A stretch of 64,000 bases of DNA from Octopus bimaculoides (taxonomy: Eukaryota): contig NC_068986.1 in the NCBI RefSeq assembly GCF_001194135.2, positions 46,122,931-46,186,930 on the forward strand, given 5' to 3'. Numbering within the stretch: position 1 is the first letter of the stretch; the number at the start of each line of letters is the position of its first letter. The notes under the pieces were generated by a model that was not told the origin of the DNA, ran no database searches, and saw only the letters and a program-made list of their open reading frames with translations. Positions 40,856 through 52,715 of the stretch are shown here, one piece after another. The position numbers were made by a program, and so were the translations under genes.

Positions 40856-40891
<36 letters not shown>

Positions 40892-40892
<1 letters not shown>

Positions 40893-41951
40893 ATGAAAGC
40901 CAAAAATTATCCACACTTTGCCAAGGCTTTCTTTAGGTAGGCTGCACTGCCTTCAGCACTCATATGCTAAAATGTTCTCTTGTGATTACATAACTGAGGT
41001 TTGACTTTGACTCTCCCAGTTTTCTTCCTTGTGCTACTGAGTAAACATGGCTACTTCACAAGCAGTGTGCACTGAGGGAGAACAGAGATCAGTGATCTGA
41101 TTTCTTTATTCTGAAAGTGTGCCAGGGTTTGAAATTCATCGCAGGTTTTCAGTACAATATGGGGACAGTACTCTATCACATAGAAGTTTGTATGAGTAAA
41201 CAAAGAAGTTTAAAAACGGCCAGACAAGCATGAAACATAAAGAGAAAGCAATCTACTTCCACCACTGATATGAAGATTCAAGAAGCTTAAGAGATCATTC
41301 TGATGAACTGATGTGTGACCCTCAATGAGATGGCAAATTAGCTTTTCTTCTCCATACAAAATCATCCATGACAAATTTCACTTCCTTAAAGTCTGTGCAA
41401 GATGGGTGCCAAGAGAGCTTACTAATGTGTATAAGTACAAATGTGTGGAGAACTGTCTGTGCTTACTAGACCACTGCAAGGATGAAGGTGAAGCTTAATG
41501 ATACCTGGGCCCATCACTTTGAGCCAAAATCCAAAAGGCAGAGAATGGAGTGGTAACAGCCTGAATCGCCATTGAAAAAGAAATTCAACCTTTCATAGAA
41601 AAGGTGATGCTAACCATTTCTGGAGGCCCAGATGGGCCTATATTGTTATATTATCTAGAAAGAGGGTCTACAGTCACAAGTGTGTGGTCTACAGTGAAAT
41701 GCTGGTCAACAAACTGAAACTAGCAATTCACATCAAACACTGAGGTCTGTTTCAATATCAAGTGTTATTGCTGCATGACAATGCATCCCCATATATGAGA
41801 AACTATTGGAAAATTGGGTTTCAAGTTGCTAGAATAGCTTGCATACAGACCAGATCTCAACCCTTCCAGCTATTACCTCTTTGGACCACTTAAACATTCT
41901 TTACGAGGTTACAGACAATGAAGTGCATACAAGTTTTGACTTTACCTCACA
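40892..41951 (+). mobile_element. Second mariner of a different subfamily, internally deleted and decayed
   Basis: ATG 41047 CTEGEQRSVI.FLYSESV, then TWAHHFEPKSKRQRMEW, KVMLT, LLHDNA and AYRPDLNPSSYYLFGPLK; degenerate TIRs. Confidence 0.85.
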
Positions 41952-42508
41952 TGTATGCACACACACACACACACAAATGTACACACACACACACACACAT
42001 ATATATAGATAGATAGATAGATAGATAGATATTCATCTAGTATTTCATGATTGACAATTTTTAACAAATGAAAATTAGATTCAGATTTGATTAATACCAA
42101 TTGAGGGATTATTTCTAATAAACAAATATATAACAGGGAGACAAATCAAAGATTGCCTTATGATGATAATGCCAATCATATTCTAGACATCAGCCTATAA
42201 AAGCTGAATATATTTAAAGATGCCCTATAGAAATTGGTAATATTTCATTTATATTTTCAATGGAAACAGTTATTTGCTACCAAATTAATATGATGTCTGC
42301 AAGAACTTAAACTATAAAAGTAAAGAAGCTCAAAAATAAATTTTAAAGTCAGTACACAAATTCTGTTATTATTAGATATTAAAAGACATTATAAGTACCA
42401 GAGAAATGTAATGTATATATAAGTATGTTGTTACATATGTATATAGAAATATATATATATATATATATATATGCATGTATATGTATGAATATATGCATGT
42501 GTATATGT

Positions 42509-42554
<46 letters not shown>

Positions 42555-42557
<3 letters not shown>

Positions 42558-43456
42558 TGATAATAACTACAGAAATCAACCGTCCAAAGGCAAATGGGTA
42601 AAGACATTCTCACAGCATACAATCAAGTATTTGGACTCACGTGGACCAGTTTTTGCACTGGCATAATAGCCTCAGCTTCCTCAGTACACGTTACGATGAT
42701 AGAAACCCCCAACCCATCACGTTGAAGTCTGCACTGTAACTGATTCATTTTGCACTGAAATCCTGTCAGCCACCAGTGTGAAAATAATTTCAATACGGAG
42801 CAAATAATTCACAAAAGAAAATAATTCATGAAAAAATAATTTGCGAAGATATTATTGACTATAATTATCTAGCGTGCCAATTTAAAAATGATAATAACAG
42901 TGTCTATAATATAGGCAATTGCAGGCTCCCTGTAGTTATTATAAGTGTATTTTGGCAATTTAAATAAGAGTTTTGACTGTTATTTCCAGCAGGTAGACAT
43001 ACTTAGTATCCTTCAGCTATTTCATGCGGTTTCGGGGGCCTGCAATCGCCTATATTATTGATTCTGTTATTATCATTTTTAAATTGTTACACTAGATAAT
43101 AACAGAGTCAATAATATCTTTGCAAATTATTTCTTGCTTGTGAATTATTTGCTCCATATTAAAATTATTTTCAAATTGGTGACTGCCATGATTTTGGTGC
43201 AAAATGAATCAGTTGCAGTGCAGACTTCAACACAATGGGTTGGAGGTCTCTATTATGGTAACACGTGCTGAGGAAGCTGAGGCTATTATGCCAGTGCAGT
43301 CCACGTGAGTCCAAATACTTGAATGTATGCTGTGAGATTGTCTTAGCCCAGTTGCCTTCGTATGGTTGATTTTTGTAGTCATTATCAGTGTATTTTGGCG
43401 ATTTAAACAAGGGTTTTGACTATTATCTACAGCAGGTAGACATACTTAGTATGTCC
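42555..43456. repeat. Foldback: ~376-bp and ~356-bp inverted arms, with an ~80-bp direct repeat in the spacer and on the right flank
   Basis: 42555-42930 is approximately the reverse complement of 43035-43390; 42931-43011 is approximately 43374-43452. Confidence 0.92.
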
Positions 43457-43474
43457 TTTGATTAATTTTATATA

Positions 43475-44748
43475 CAGAGGTTGAACAAAATAATGGAAAC
43501 ACCTAGCATCATAGCATCATAATTTTGAAATATCTATAAAACCATCAAAAGCTTGTGTATTTTTATGTTTTTTGATTTATTACTAGTGTTGCTTAATATG
43601 TTTTGCTAAAATTACTGCTTCTTTTCAGATATCATCACAAAAAAATAATTAAAATTCATTAAAATGACAGATCTATTGGACTTTCAAAGAGGTCAATTTG
43701 TTGGTGCTCGTATGGTAGGCGCTAGCATAACACAAACAGCTGAAATGTTTGGTGTATCAAGAAGTACTGTCTTGAAAGTAATGACAGCCTTTGAAAAAGA
43801 TGGAAAGACCTTCTCATCGAAACAAAACTCTGGAAGAAAACCAAAACATTCAGATAGGGACCGTTGGACTCTTATGCAAATTGTTAGAAAGGATCACAAA
43901 AGTACAGCTCCCAAAATTACTGCAGAGTGTAATGACCGCCCCAAGAACCCAGTTTCCACAAAAACTGTCAGCCAGGAGCTGCACAAAGCTGGATTTCATG
44001 GGAGGGCTGCAATCAGAAAACCACTACTTTCAAAAACAAACATTGCAAAGCATTTAGAGTGGAGTAAAAACCAACAGAATTGGTCCCTAGAGCAGTGGAA
44101 GAATGTCGTTTTCTTGGACAAGTCATCCTTTACCCTGTTCCTGACCTCCGGCCAAGTATACATGTGGAGACAGCCAAAAGAAGCATTTGACCCAGACCAC
44201 CTTCTTCTAACCGTTAAGCATGGAGGAGGATCTGTGATGATCTGGTGGGCTATATCTTGGAAATCTGCCGGCCCAATGGTTTCCCTTCATGGTAGAATTA
44301 ATAATCAAGACCTATTTAAGTATTTTATCTGATCAAATTCATCCTATGGTTGTGGAACTGTTTCTGCAGGGAAACACAATCTTTCAGAATGATAATGCAC
44401 CAATTCACACAGCTAAAGTTGTTACTGAATGGCACAAGGAATATTCTAGTGAAGTTGAACACCTTATCTATCAACCACAGTCCCCTGATCTCAATATTAT
44501 TGAATATTAATGGTGCATTTTAGAAAAACAAGTAAGGAATTGACATCCTCCACCATCATCACTAAAAGAACTGGAGACTGTTTTAGCTGAAGAATGGACA
44601 AAAATTCCTTTGGAAACAATTCAAACTTTGTATGAGTGCATACCTCATAGAATTTAAGCTGTAATTACTGCCAAAGGTGGTCCTACCCCATATCAAAATA
44701 AATTTGTTTGAAATTTTAAGGTGTTTCCATTATTTTGTCCAACTCCTG
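43475..44748 (+). mobile_element. Near full-length Tc1-family transposon with a DD36E triad (Incomer type); 1 frameshift and a few stops
   Basis: 30-bp TIRs (27/30 identical) and TA on both sides. ORF 43664-44332 continues as 44289-44510 and on to about 44695. Motifs GRKPK, FLD, TVKHGGGSVMIW, and D-36aa-E in QNDNAPIH...SPDLNIIE. Confidence 0.93.
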
Positions 44749-44814
<66 letters not shown>

Positions 44815-44817
<3 letters not shown>

Positions 44818-45215
44818 CATGCGATGGGTAAATTGTCACTATTGTTGGGTACCATCTGTGAGAAAAACAACACCATGACACAATTTGGAAGCAACATGCT
44901 GTACTGCTCTGTATTTATGCTGGAAGCTCCAGTATGAACATTTCAGAGCATTTGGGTGTCAATCCGAGGAAAGAGCAATTTGAGGACATGTTCCAAGAGT
45001 GATAAAAATCAAGCATCCAGTCAACATCATGGTATTTGGAGTGATCATTAGTGATGGCGACGTTATGCCTCCATTCATCTTCCCACGTGGCCTCAGACTT
45101 AACATGGAGACCTACATCAAGTGCCTGGATGAGGTAGTGCTACCCTGGGTAAAAAGGGTGACTGCTAGAAAATTCTATGTATGGCAACAGGACTCTGCAC
45201 CATGCCATACAAGCA
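44815..45215 (+). mobile_element. Internally deleted maT/DD37D-like transposon remnant
   Basis: Starts TA|cagcatgcgatgggtaaattgtc; KHPVNIMVFGVIISDGDVMPPFIFP...VWQQDSAPCHTS. The third catalytic residue is missing, so the family is inferred from motifs only. Confidence 0.7.
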
Positions 45216-45242
45216 GTTATTATTATTATTATTATTAAAAAG

Positions 45243-45430
45243 GTGTTAAGCTGGCAGAATCATTAGCACACTGGGCAAAAGTTTTAGCAGCATTTCGTCT
45301 GTCTTTATGTCTTGAGTTCATATTCCACCAAGGTTGACTTTGTCTTTCATCCTTTCAGGATTAATTTTATTGACTTAAGCCCACTCCTGAAATTGCTGGC
45401 CATGGTGCCATGTGCTAAAATTTGAAACTA
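45243..45430 (+). mobile_element. SINE family C
   Basis: agctggcagaatcattagcacactgggc...gttgactttgtctttcatcctttcagg. Confidence 0.8.
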
Positions 45431-47998
45431 TTATTATTAGAATGATGTACTGGCATAACTGGTAATGCATCACACATAATAGCTTGTGGTATTTAATTGT
45501 GTTTCTTTTCCTTTTGAGTTCTTATCCTGCCAGGTTCAATTGCATTTTGACCCATCAGGAGGCCAATAAAATAGTTAATTTCTAGGTTAATCTAATCAAT
45601 AATTCCCTCTCTTAAAAGATGTAGCCTTGTGGTTTACATTAGAAATTAATATTATTATATTCCTTTAAATCCCTTATCAGATTTTACGATATTGTAACAA
45701 TAGCAGTTTCAGTTCCCAGTGTATGTCCTATTCTAATTCTATTTGTTTTTTTACCCAAGGTATTGATATTCTCAAAGTGTTATGGAATGACAGAATTGAA
45801 ACAGTATCAGATTAAATTTTCAAAAGTATTTAACCCCATCATTTTATATTGAAGTTTCAAATCCCATTTGGACAGAGGCCTTGTCTTTCAGCATACTCTG
45901 GTTGACAAAAAAAAGTACTGAGTATGTCCTGAATTTTTATTCAGTCGATTACATCTGTTCCCTACAAATATTATCCTGGACCTATGAGGAAAAATCAATA
46001 TCCCGACTGTTTTTAATAACGGGATAATTTCATGATTCTTTGATCCATCTTTATTTTAATTTATATCATAGCTGTATGTTTATGCAGTGTGTTTGAGATT
46101 ATATTTTTATTCCTTGGTTAAACCTAGTTTAGTTTCTATGACAGAGACTTATGTGCTTCTTATGTTTTCTTTCCATTTGCTCTGCACACCTGTTCTTTGT
46201 GATTTTAGGCACTGTTATTCCATATTAATAATGAGCTTTCTGTATACAATATTCAACTATAAAACTTCTCTGATGCATTACAACATTACAGTAATATAGA
46301 CATACATTTAATTGTTGAAATCACACAGGATTTTGATGTCATTAGACTTAATTATACTATGAGTGTCATATACCTATAATTTTCTTTGTTGTTTGAAGCA
46401 ATATTGCTGTGTTTTCATGGATGAAATGCCACTAATCATTTAGCCTGACATGGTAATGATTCTGCCAGCTTGCTGCCTTACCACATTCATTATTAAATGT
46501 GATACATTTTCACTCTTCTGTCTACGCCATATAATAGTATATCTCAGTATCATATGTATTAACTAAATGGAATTCAGTAATGGTTATTCTCAAAGCCTAT
46601 TCCTGCAGTTCAAACATCAGTGCAACTACCTACTTATTAATCTTCATCTTTTATACAGAATTTTATAAATCCCATTGAAAGTACTTTTGCGGGGTAAGTT
46701 TCATTTATCATTCTCATTTTTCAACCTAATTTGTTTTAATCCCCTTTAGAACACCTCCACAATGCTGCAAGTCAGATGTAGCACATTTGTTCATAGCTTG
46801 GGTTTAGTTTTTGTCATCTAACTTACGTTACATCTAGTTTCTATTACCTCATCTCTTAATTTTGTTACATTTCCTGCTACTCATATAATTTCCAAGTATT
46901 CTATTGCTCAGGAATAATTCATTAACTACATGAATCATTTTATAGTCAAATAGTTGATGAATGTCATTGTAAGTTTTGCATACCAGTTTCTAAAATTCTG
47001 TAATATTAAGTTATCAATTTGTAATAACTCTAAATTTTCTTTTTCTGCTACAGCTCTTGTACTCTGATATTGTATTTCTAGATATTTTCAAGTATCATCT
47101 GCCAAAATATCTGAAGAATATCTAGATCAATGGCAAGCATGTGATTACACTGAAATTATCTGCTACATTGCATTTGTTTGGGTCCTTCTACCATAGAACT
47201 GTCCTATTTAGAATATCATTGCCAAAATTTGATAAAATTGGCACAATACATAATTTAATTCTTTAGTGATTCTTATGTGGAAAAGAAAAATTATTTTCAA
47301 TCAATATTGTTGTAATTCATCAATAACAGAGACATTTTAGTTTGGCATTTTCATGCATCAGGTCCTTTTCTGGGCTTTTATTATACATAGTGGTCAAAAT
47401 AAGTTATTATTTTCATAACATGAGGGAGTTCTGGAACCAGTATTTTGGTATTGCACTAAATTTTTGTGTTACTCTAGATTTGTCTTCAATAAGTATTACA
47501 TGAAAGAATTATATCATCAGAGATTCTTTACAGAATATAGAAATGAATGTTTTAATAGCAAAGCCAACCAATGTGATTAGATTATCTCTTCTGCATAGAA
47601 CTGGAACATTTTTCATTTGCTCTACAAACGTAAGATGTTTCCAATTCCCCATTCAAAGCTAATGTAAGGAAATTCTTGTAACTTATACAGCTCTTTATTC
47701 CTTATAATAAGTTGTGCTTATTTCAAGTTCCTATTTACAAATAGGTGAACTGAGTCTTTGGGTTTAAAGTGTATTTACCATGAATGCAGTACAATATGCG
47801 ATATACTATGAACAAAAGATCTCTACACTAGTTGTCTGCCACCTAATTGAATTAATCACCTAATTATATATATTTATGCTGACTTATTTTCTACTAATAA
47901 TAATTCATAAACTGAAGGAAACAGAAAATTTAGTAATCTACTGTCATACTCTCAAAGAAGTTATAATAATATTTCTCAATCATTAATGGGATATCTTC

Positions 47999-48041
<43 letters not shown>

Positions 48042-48289
48042 CATACACATACTCCTATCTGTGTATCTATTTATTTGTTTATCTGTCCCACATTTATGCA
48101 GTGAACTGTATCAGACGAAGTGCCAAAAGAAGCTGAAATGGCAGCAATCCAGGCCTGTCTGATATTTGCCAACCTTATACCAAGTGTGAAAGATGAACAG
48201 AGAGAATTACTGTGCAAAATACACACATGCATGTATGCATATACAACAGACAAGAAGCAATGAAAGGAGCCTTCATGAAGTAAAGTCTA

Positions 48290-48480
48290 TTTGGTTGCCC
48301 AACCTATTAGAAATAATAAAAAAAAATCTTCTGCAAATAACACCCTGACATCTTAAAAATGGGTACATACATATTGGATGTTCTAGAGATCAAGACAGGG
48401 TGGCTATAGGTGAAAAGCCAGTGATCATATCTCTACTCAATCAGGGCCGACTTGGTGCTACCTAACAACATTAATAACAA
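48290..48480 (-). mobile_element. Family B repeat, inverted copy
   Basis: cctattagaaataat...aaataacaccctgacatcttaaaaat is approximately the reverse complement of the family B core. Confidence 0.4.
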
Positions 48481-48786
48481 CATATGATGCACACATACAT
48501 ACAGACACACAAATATATATGCACAAAAACAAATAATAAGTAAAATAAAACAGTCACACAAACTTACAAATGCAATAGAAACTCACTTTCTTTTGTTTGA
48601 ACTCATCTCTTATCTCTATCTAAATGCCTGTCCATCTGTTTTAACAGTGCTTAGAAAAACTGAAAGACCACTGCAGTACGTGTTTGACTCTAAGAGGAAA
48701 ATATGTTGAATAAAATCATAATTAATTGATCCTCTTGTATTTTCTTTTGTTTAAAGCCATGAACTTACCAGTACCCACTCGTATGT

Positions 48787-48835
48787 ATATATGTGTGTGT
48801 GTGTGTGTGTACACACACACACACACACACACACA
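48787..48835. repeat. Palindromic (TG)n-TA-(CA)n microsatellite
   Basis: atgtgtgtgtgtgtgtgtgt|acacacacacacacacacacacac. Confidence 0.9.
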
Positions 48836-49089
48836 AATATATATAATATTTTTCCAGACGAAAATACTTCTTCTGTTTAGGGCATTATTCCCTAAGTTTC
48901 CAAGGTTTTTTAATCATACTTTATTTAAGGGATTCCTTTCATTTCCATATGAGTTTGTATAAATAAAAATCATTGGAAGTATCAATTTATGAGACGAAGT
49001 CCAATAAATGTCATCAACTAAATGGAACAGGTTTTGATGGTAATATGGAATATTTATTTAATTTAAACAGACAGCTGTTTCTGTTACAA

Positions 49090-49153
49090 AAGACCATATT
49101 AAGGTATACAATTGAAGAATATGTATTTCAATTGCATACCTTAATATGGTCTT
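49090..49153. other. Near-perfect hairpin: 27-bp stem (1 mismatch), 10-nt loop
   Basis: aagaccatattaaggtatacaattgaa / gaatatgtat / ttcaattgcataccttaatatggtctt. Confidence 0.95.
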
Positions 49154-49544
49154 AATATAAGAATATGTATTTCAACAAAAGTAATACACATTATTATATT
49201 AATTCATTTGGAACTCATCAGTTGATAATAATTAAATGTTTTAATGTTTAAAGTTAGTACCTTTAGTTTTCTTCTTTGTGATCATTATAATTTCGTTTTC
49301 TAGCTAATTATTTTCTTTCACTTGCCAAATCAAATTTTAAACTGAAGCTTACAAGTGTAACTTTATTAGTATTCAGTTCCTTTCATTTGTATTATTATCT
49401 ACTCATTACTCCCTCCCTATATATATAATTAAAACATTGTCTTCGATTCTCCCTAATATGCTGGTCAAAAAAAACATTCACATGTACATCTTGAAATACC
49501 ATATAAGGGGTTATATATTTTACAAAAAAATATTCTGTTGAACA

Positions 49545-49925
49545 TTTTAGTAACTGCAGTGGAACGTGTCAATACATGGATACTGGTAGATCCATTAGAA
49601 CAAAAAATGAACAGATTTTCACAAATGCAGATATGAACTGCAAAAGAGGAAATTTGATCTACTGCATTAAATGCCCTAATTGCGAGGAACTATATATTGG
49701 CGAGACAGAAAATGCATTATTGGAATGCTCACGAGTTCATAGACAGCAAATCCAGAACACTAATGTTTGCCAAATTCCATTGAGTGAACATATAGAATCA
49801 TGTGGTCAGAAAATGTTTCTAATTTTTCCTATCCACAAACTACATGATACAAGTGATGTTAGGAGAAAGATAAAAGAAAAACGTTTTATTTAGATGTTCA
49901 AACCTGTTCTGAATGGAAATAACAA
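49545..49925 (+). mobile_element. Penelope-like element GIY-YIG endonuclease remnant
   Basis: CSGTCQY...MNCKRGNLIYCIKCPNCEELYIGETEN...RVHRQQI...SEHIESC...RRKIKEKRFI*MFKPVLN. Confidence 0.88.
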
Positions 49926-50470
49926 CAATAATGTAACAACCAGTTAATGATGTGGATTAAAAAATATCTTTAACATATGAATATAAACAAATTACAGAAG
50001 ACTCCCATGACCGAAACCAACTAATTTTGCTCACTCATAAAATCACTACATGTAAACTACAAGCTAATGGGTTAAAATAAAGGCATGGATTTATGCCAGT
50101 AATATCGGTGCACCTAGCAACAGTGACGTTTAAGCTGCATGCTGATTGGTCAAAACAGTATTAGAAAAATTCAGCTTGCCAGAGCCTTCTAAAAGGTATA
50201 AAAAGGAAGAAATCAGTCATTTTACTACAGTTGTCAAACACTCAACTCAACTGTCAGTTAATACATTTTGAAATTTGTTGATTACTATGAATGTATGAAA
50301 GTGCTAGTTGAACTTTATGAACATTATTAAATATTTTGTTTTAATGTTTAACACACTTCAACATTGTAAAAAAACATTTTAAAAATAAGATAATAAAAAC
50401 TGTGAAAACCAAACTATGTTCTAACTTTATTCAACTGATATATTATTCAATACACATTTATACAAATTTA

Positions 50471-50507
<37 letters not shown>

Positions 50508-50510
<3 letters not shown>

Positions 50511-50877
50511 TTTTACTTATTTCAGTCATTTAACTGCAGCCATGCTGTAGCACCACCTTTAGTTGAACAAATCGACCCCAGGACTTATTCTTTGTAAACC
50601 TAGTACTAATTTAATCAGTCTCTTTTGCCAAACTGCTAAGTCACAGGGATGTAAACACACTAACATCGGTGTCAAGTGATGATGGGGGGATGAACACAGA
50701 CATACAAATACATATATATATATATATACAATGGGCTTCTTTCAGTTTCCATCTACCAAATCCACTCACAAGGCTTTGGTTGGCCTGAAACTATAGTAGA
50801 GGACACTTGGACAAGGTGCCATGCAGTGGGACTGAACCCTGGTTGGGAAGCAAGCTTCTTACCACACAGCCACTCCT
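50508..50877 (-). mobile_element. Full-length SINE family A
   Basis: Colinear with 21135-21679 and gap-free. Confidence 0.9.
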
Positions 50878-52019
50878 AAAATACCTCCAAAGTCTAATAT
50901 TTTCCATACTACTATAAATATAAACATACTTTGCAATTACTTTATATGGACTAACATTAACTTCTAAACTAATACTTAGAACAAGATAGTGACAATATTG
51001 CTGTTTATTTTTCTTGCTATTGTTGTGGAAGATAACTATCTGGCAATAATCAAATATTATCTTATTAGGGCCTTTAATATTATGCATAGAAATAATTAAA
51101 CATTGTCCTAGATGAAAAAAAAAAAGGCTATTTCAGTATTATGTTAATAAATTAAGCTATCATTTCAGGCATTTATTATTATTATTTACAAACTGAATAG
51201 TAACCATGAACAATATACTGAGATATTCTGGAATTCCTTTACTTTGTAAGATAATAGGAAGTATAAAATTCAATTCAGAATTCAATGATATTTACTGTCA
51301 AGGTTTCTCATCAGAAGAAAACAGTTTTTCCATTTCAAAGCATTAAATACTTTTAACCTAATTCACTGTTTCATTTTAAGCCAATTCACTCCATTAAAAT
51401 ACCACTGAAGTAAACATTTTTTCTTCAATGTGCCATCTCAATGCTTACTTCATTAACTATGATGTCTTTTAGTTAAAAAGAATGCTGGCATAAAAAATAA
51501 ATTATAAAGCTATAATATAAGTCTGCAGCTATAAATGCTATATTCTGTGGAATTTTGAAACTATATGAAAGATATTTTAGACTGACTAATCATTTTAGAT
51601 TTTTATTGGTCAGTTAAACTCAATTTTCGTGCTGAAGTATCATATTAAATAATGGAATTAAATGACAAACTGTTGGCAAAGGTAGTAGGAAACCAAATAA
51701 TTTACAGTTCAGTTCATACTGGACTGAAGTTTTCTCTCACCAACTTATCTATAAATTATATAACAGTTATATATTGGGGTCAGGTAATTGAATATGACCT
51801 TACCAATTTGCCTTTGTTCCTACTTAAGAAATGATTATATATAACAATTTATGAAATTGTAAATGCACAGAATTGGATATAGACAAAGTCAAATTAATTG
51901 ATCTCAGTATAATATTGGTAACATAATTTTCACTACCTTAGGGTGATAAAAAATACAAAATCACCTCAATGTACATGAGAGCTCCCTATTATACTAACTA
52001 CTTCTATTGTTTTTTATAT

Positions 52020-52400
52020 TTTCCCAGCCACATGGTTTTGAGTTCAGTTCAACTACGTGGCATATTGGGTAAGTGTTTTCTGCTATAGCTTTGGGCTGAC
52101 CAAAACCTTGTGATTGACTTTGGTTGGTGGAAGTTTCCATCGTGTGTATACATGTGTGTGTAAGTGCTTGTGCTTCCTAACAAAGAGGAGGGGAATATAT
52201 ATACATAAAACAACAGTGAAATTATATATGGCACAAGATTGCAAATTTTGGAGGATGAGATGCTCAGTTAAACTAATCTCAAACTGATAAAGATTTTATT
52301 GACCTCGGAGAGACAAAAGGCAAAGTTGACCATGGCAAGATTTAGGCTCATTGTAAAGAGCTGTGATTAAAAAATGCAAGGCATTTTTGTCTGATGTGAA
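52020..52400 (-). mobile_element. Degenerate SINE A head (52020-52150) and SINE C core (52270-52400)
   Basis: Shared motifs with the better-preserved copies. Confidence 0.55.
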
Positions 52401-52619
52401 GATAATTTTATCATTATAATATTGGTAAATGCACCTACTTCTGAATTTTGAATTTTCCCCATCTCCTAAATATAAATTTATTAAATTGTACAATAGTAAA
52501 AAAAGAAACATAAGTTTACTTCATCAACATTTTTCCACATTGATGTCAGTTTAGAGTTTACAAATATAAAAACTCATTCGAAAGATAGATTTATTCATAA
52601 CTGTTTAATCATTTTATAT

Positions 52620-52715
52620 ATTGCCTAATATATATATTCTGGGATTCATGGAATATAATTTCAGTGCATTGCCTAATATATATATTCTGGGATTCATGGA
52701 ATTTAATTCCAATGC
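52620..52715. repeat. 48-bp tandem duplication (3 mismatches)
   Basis: attgcctaatatatatattctgggattcatggaatWtaattYcaRtgc, two copies. Confidence 0.9.
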
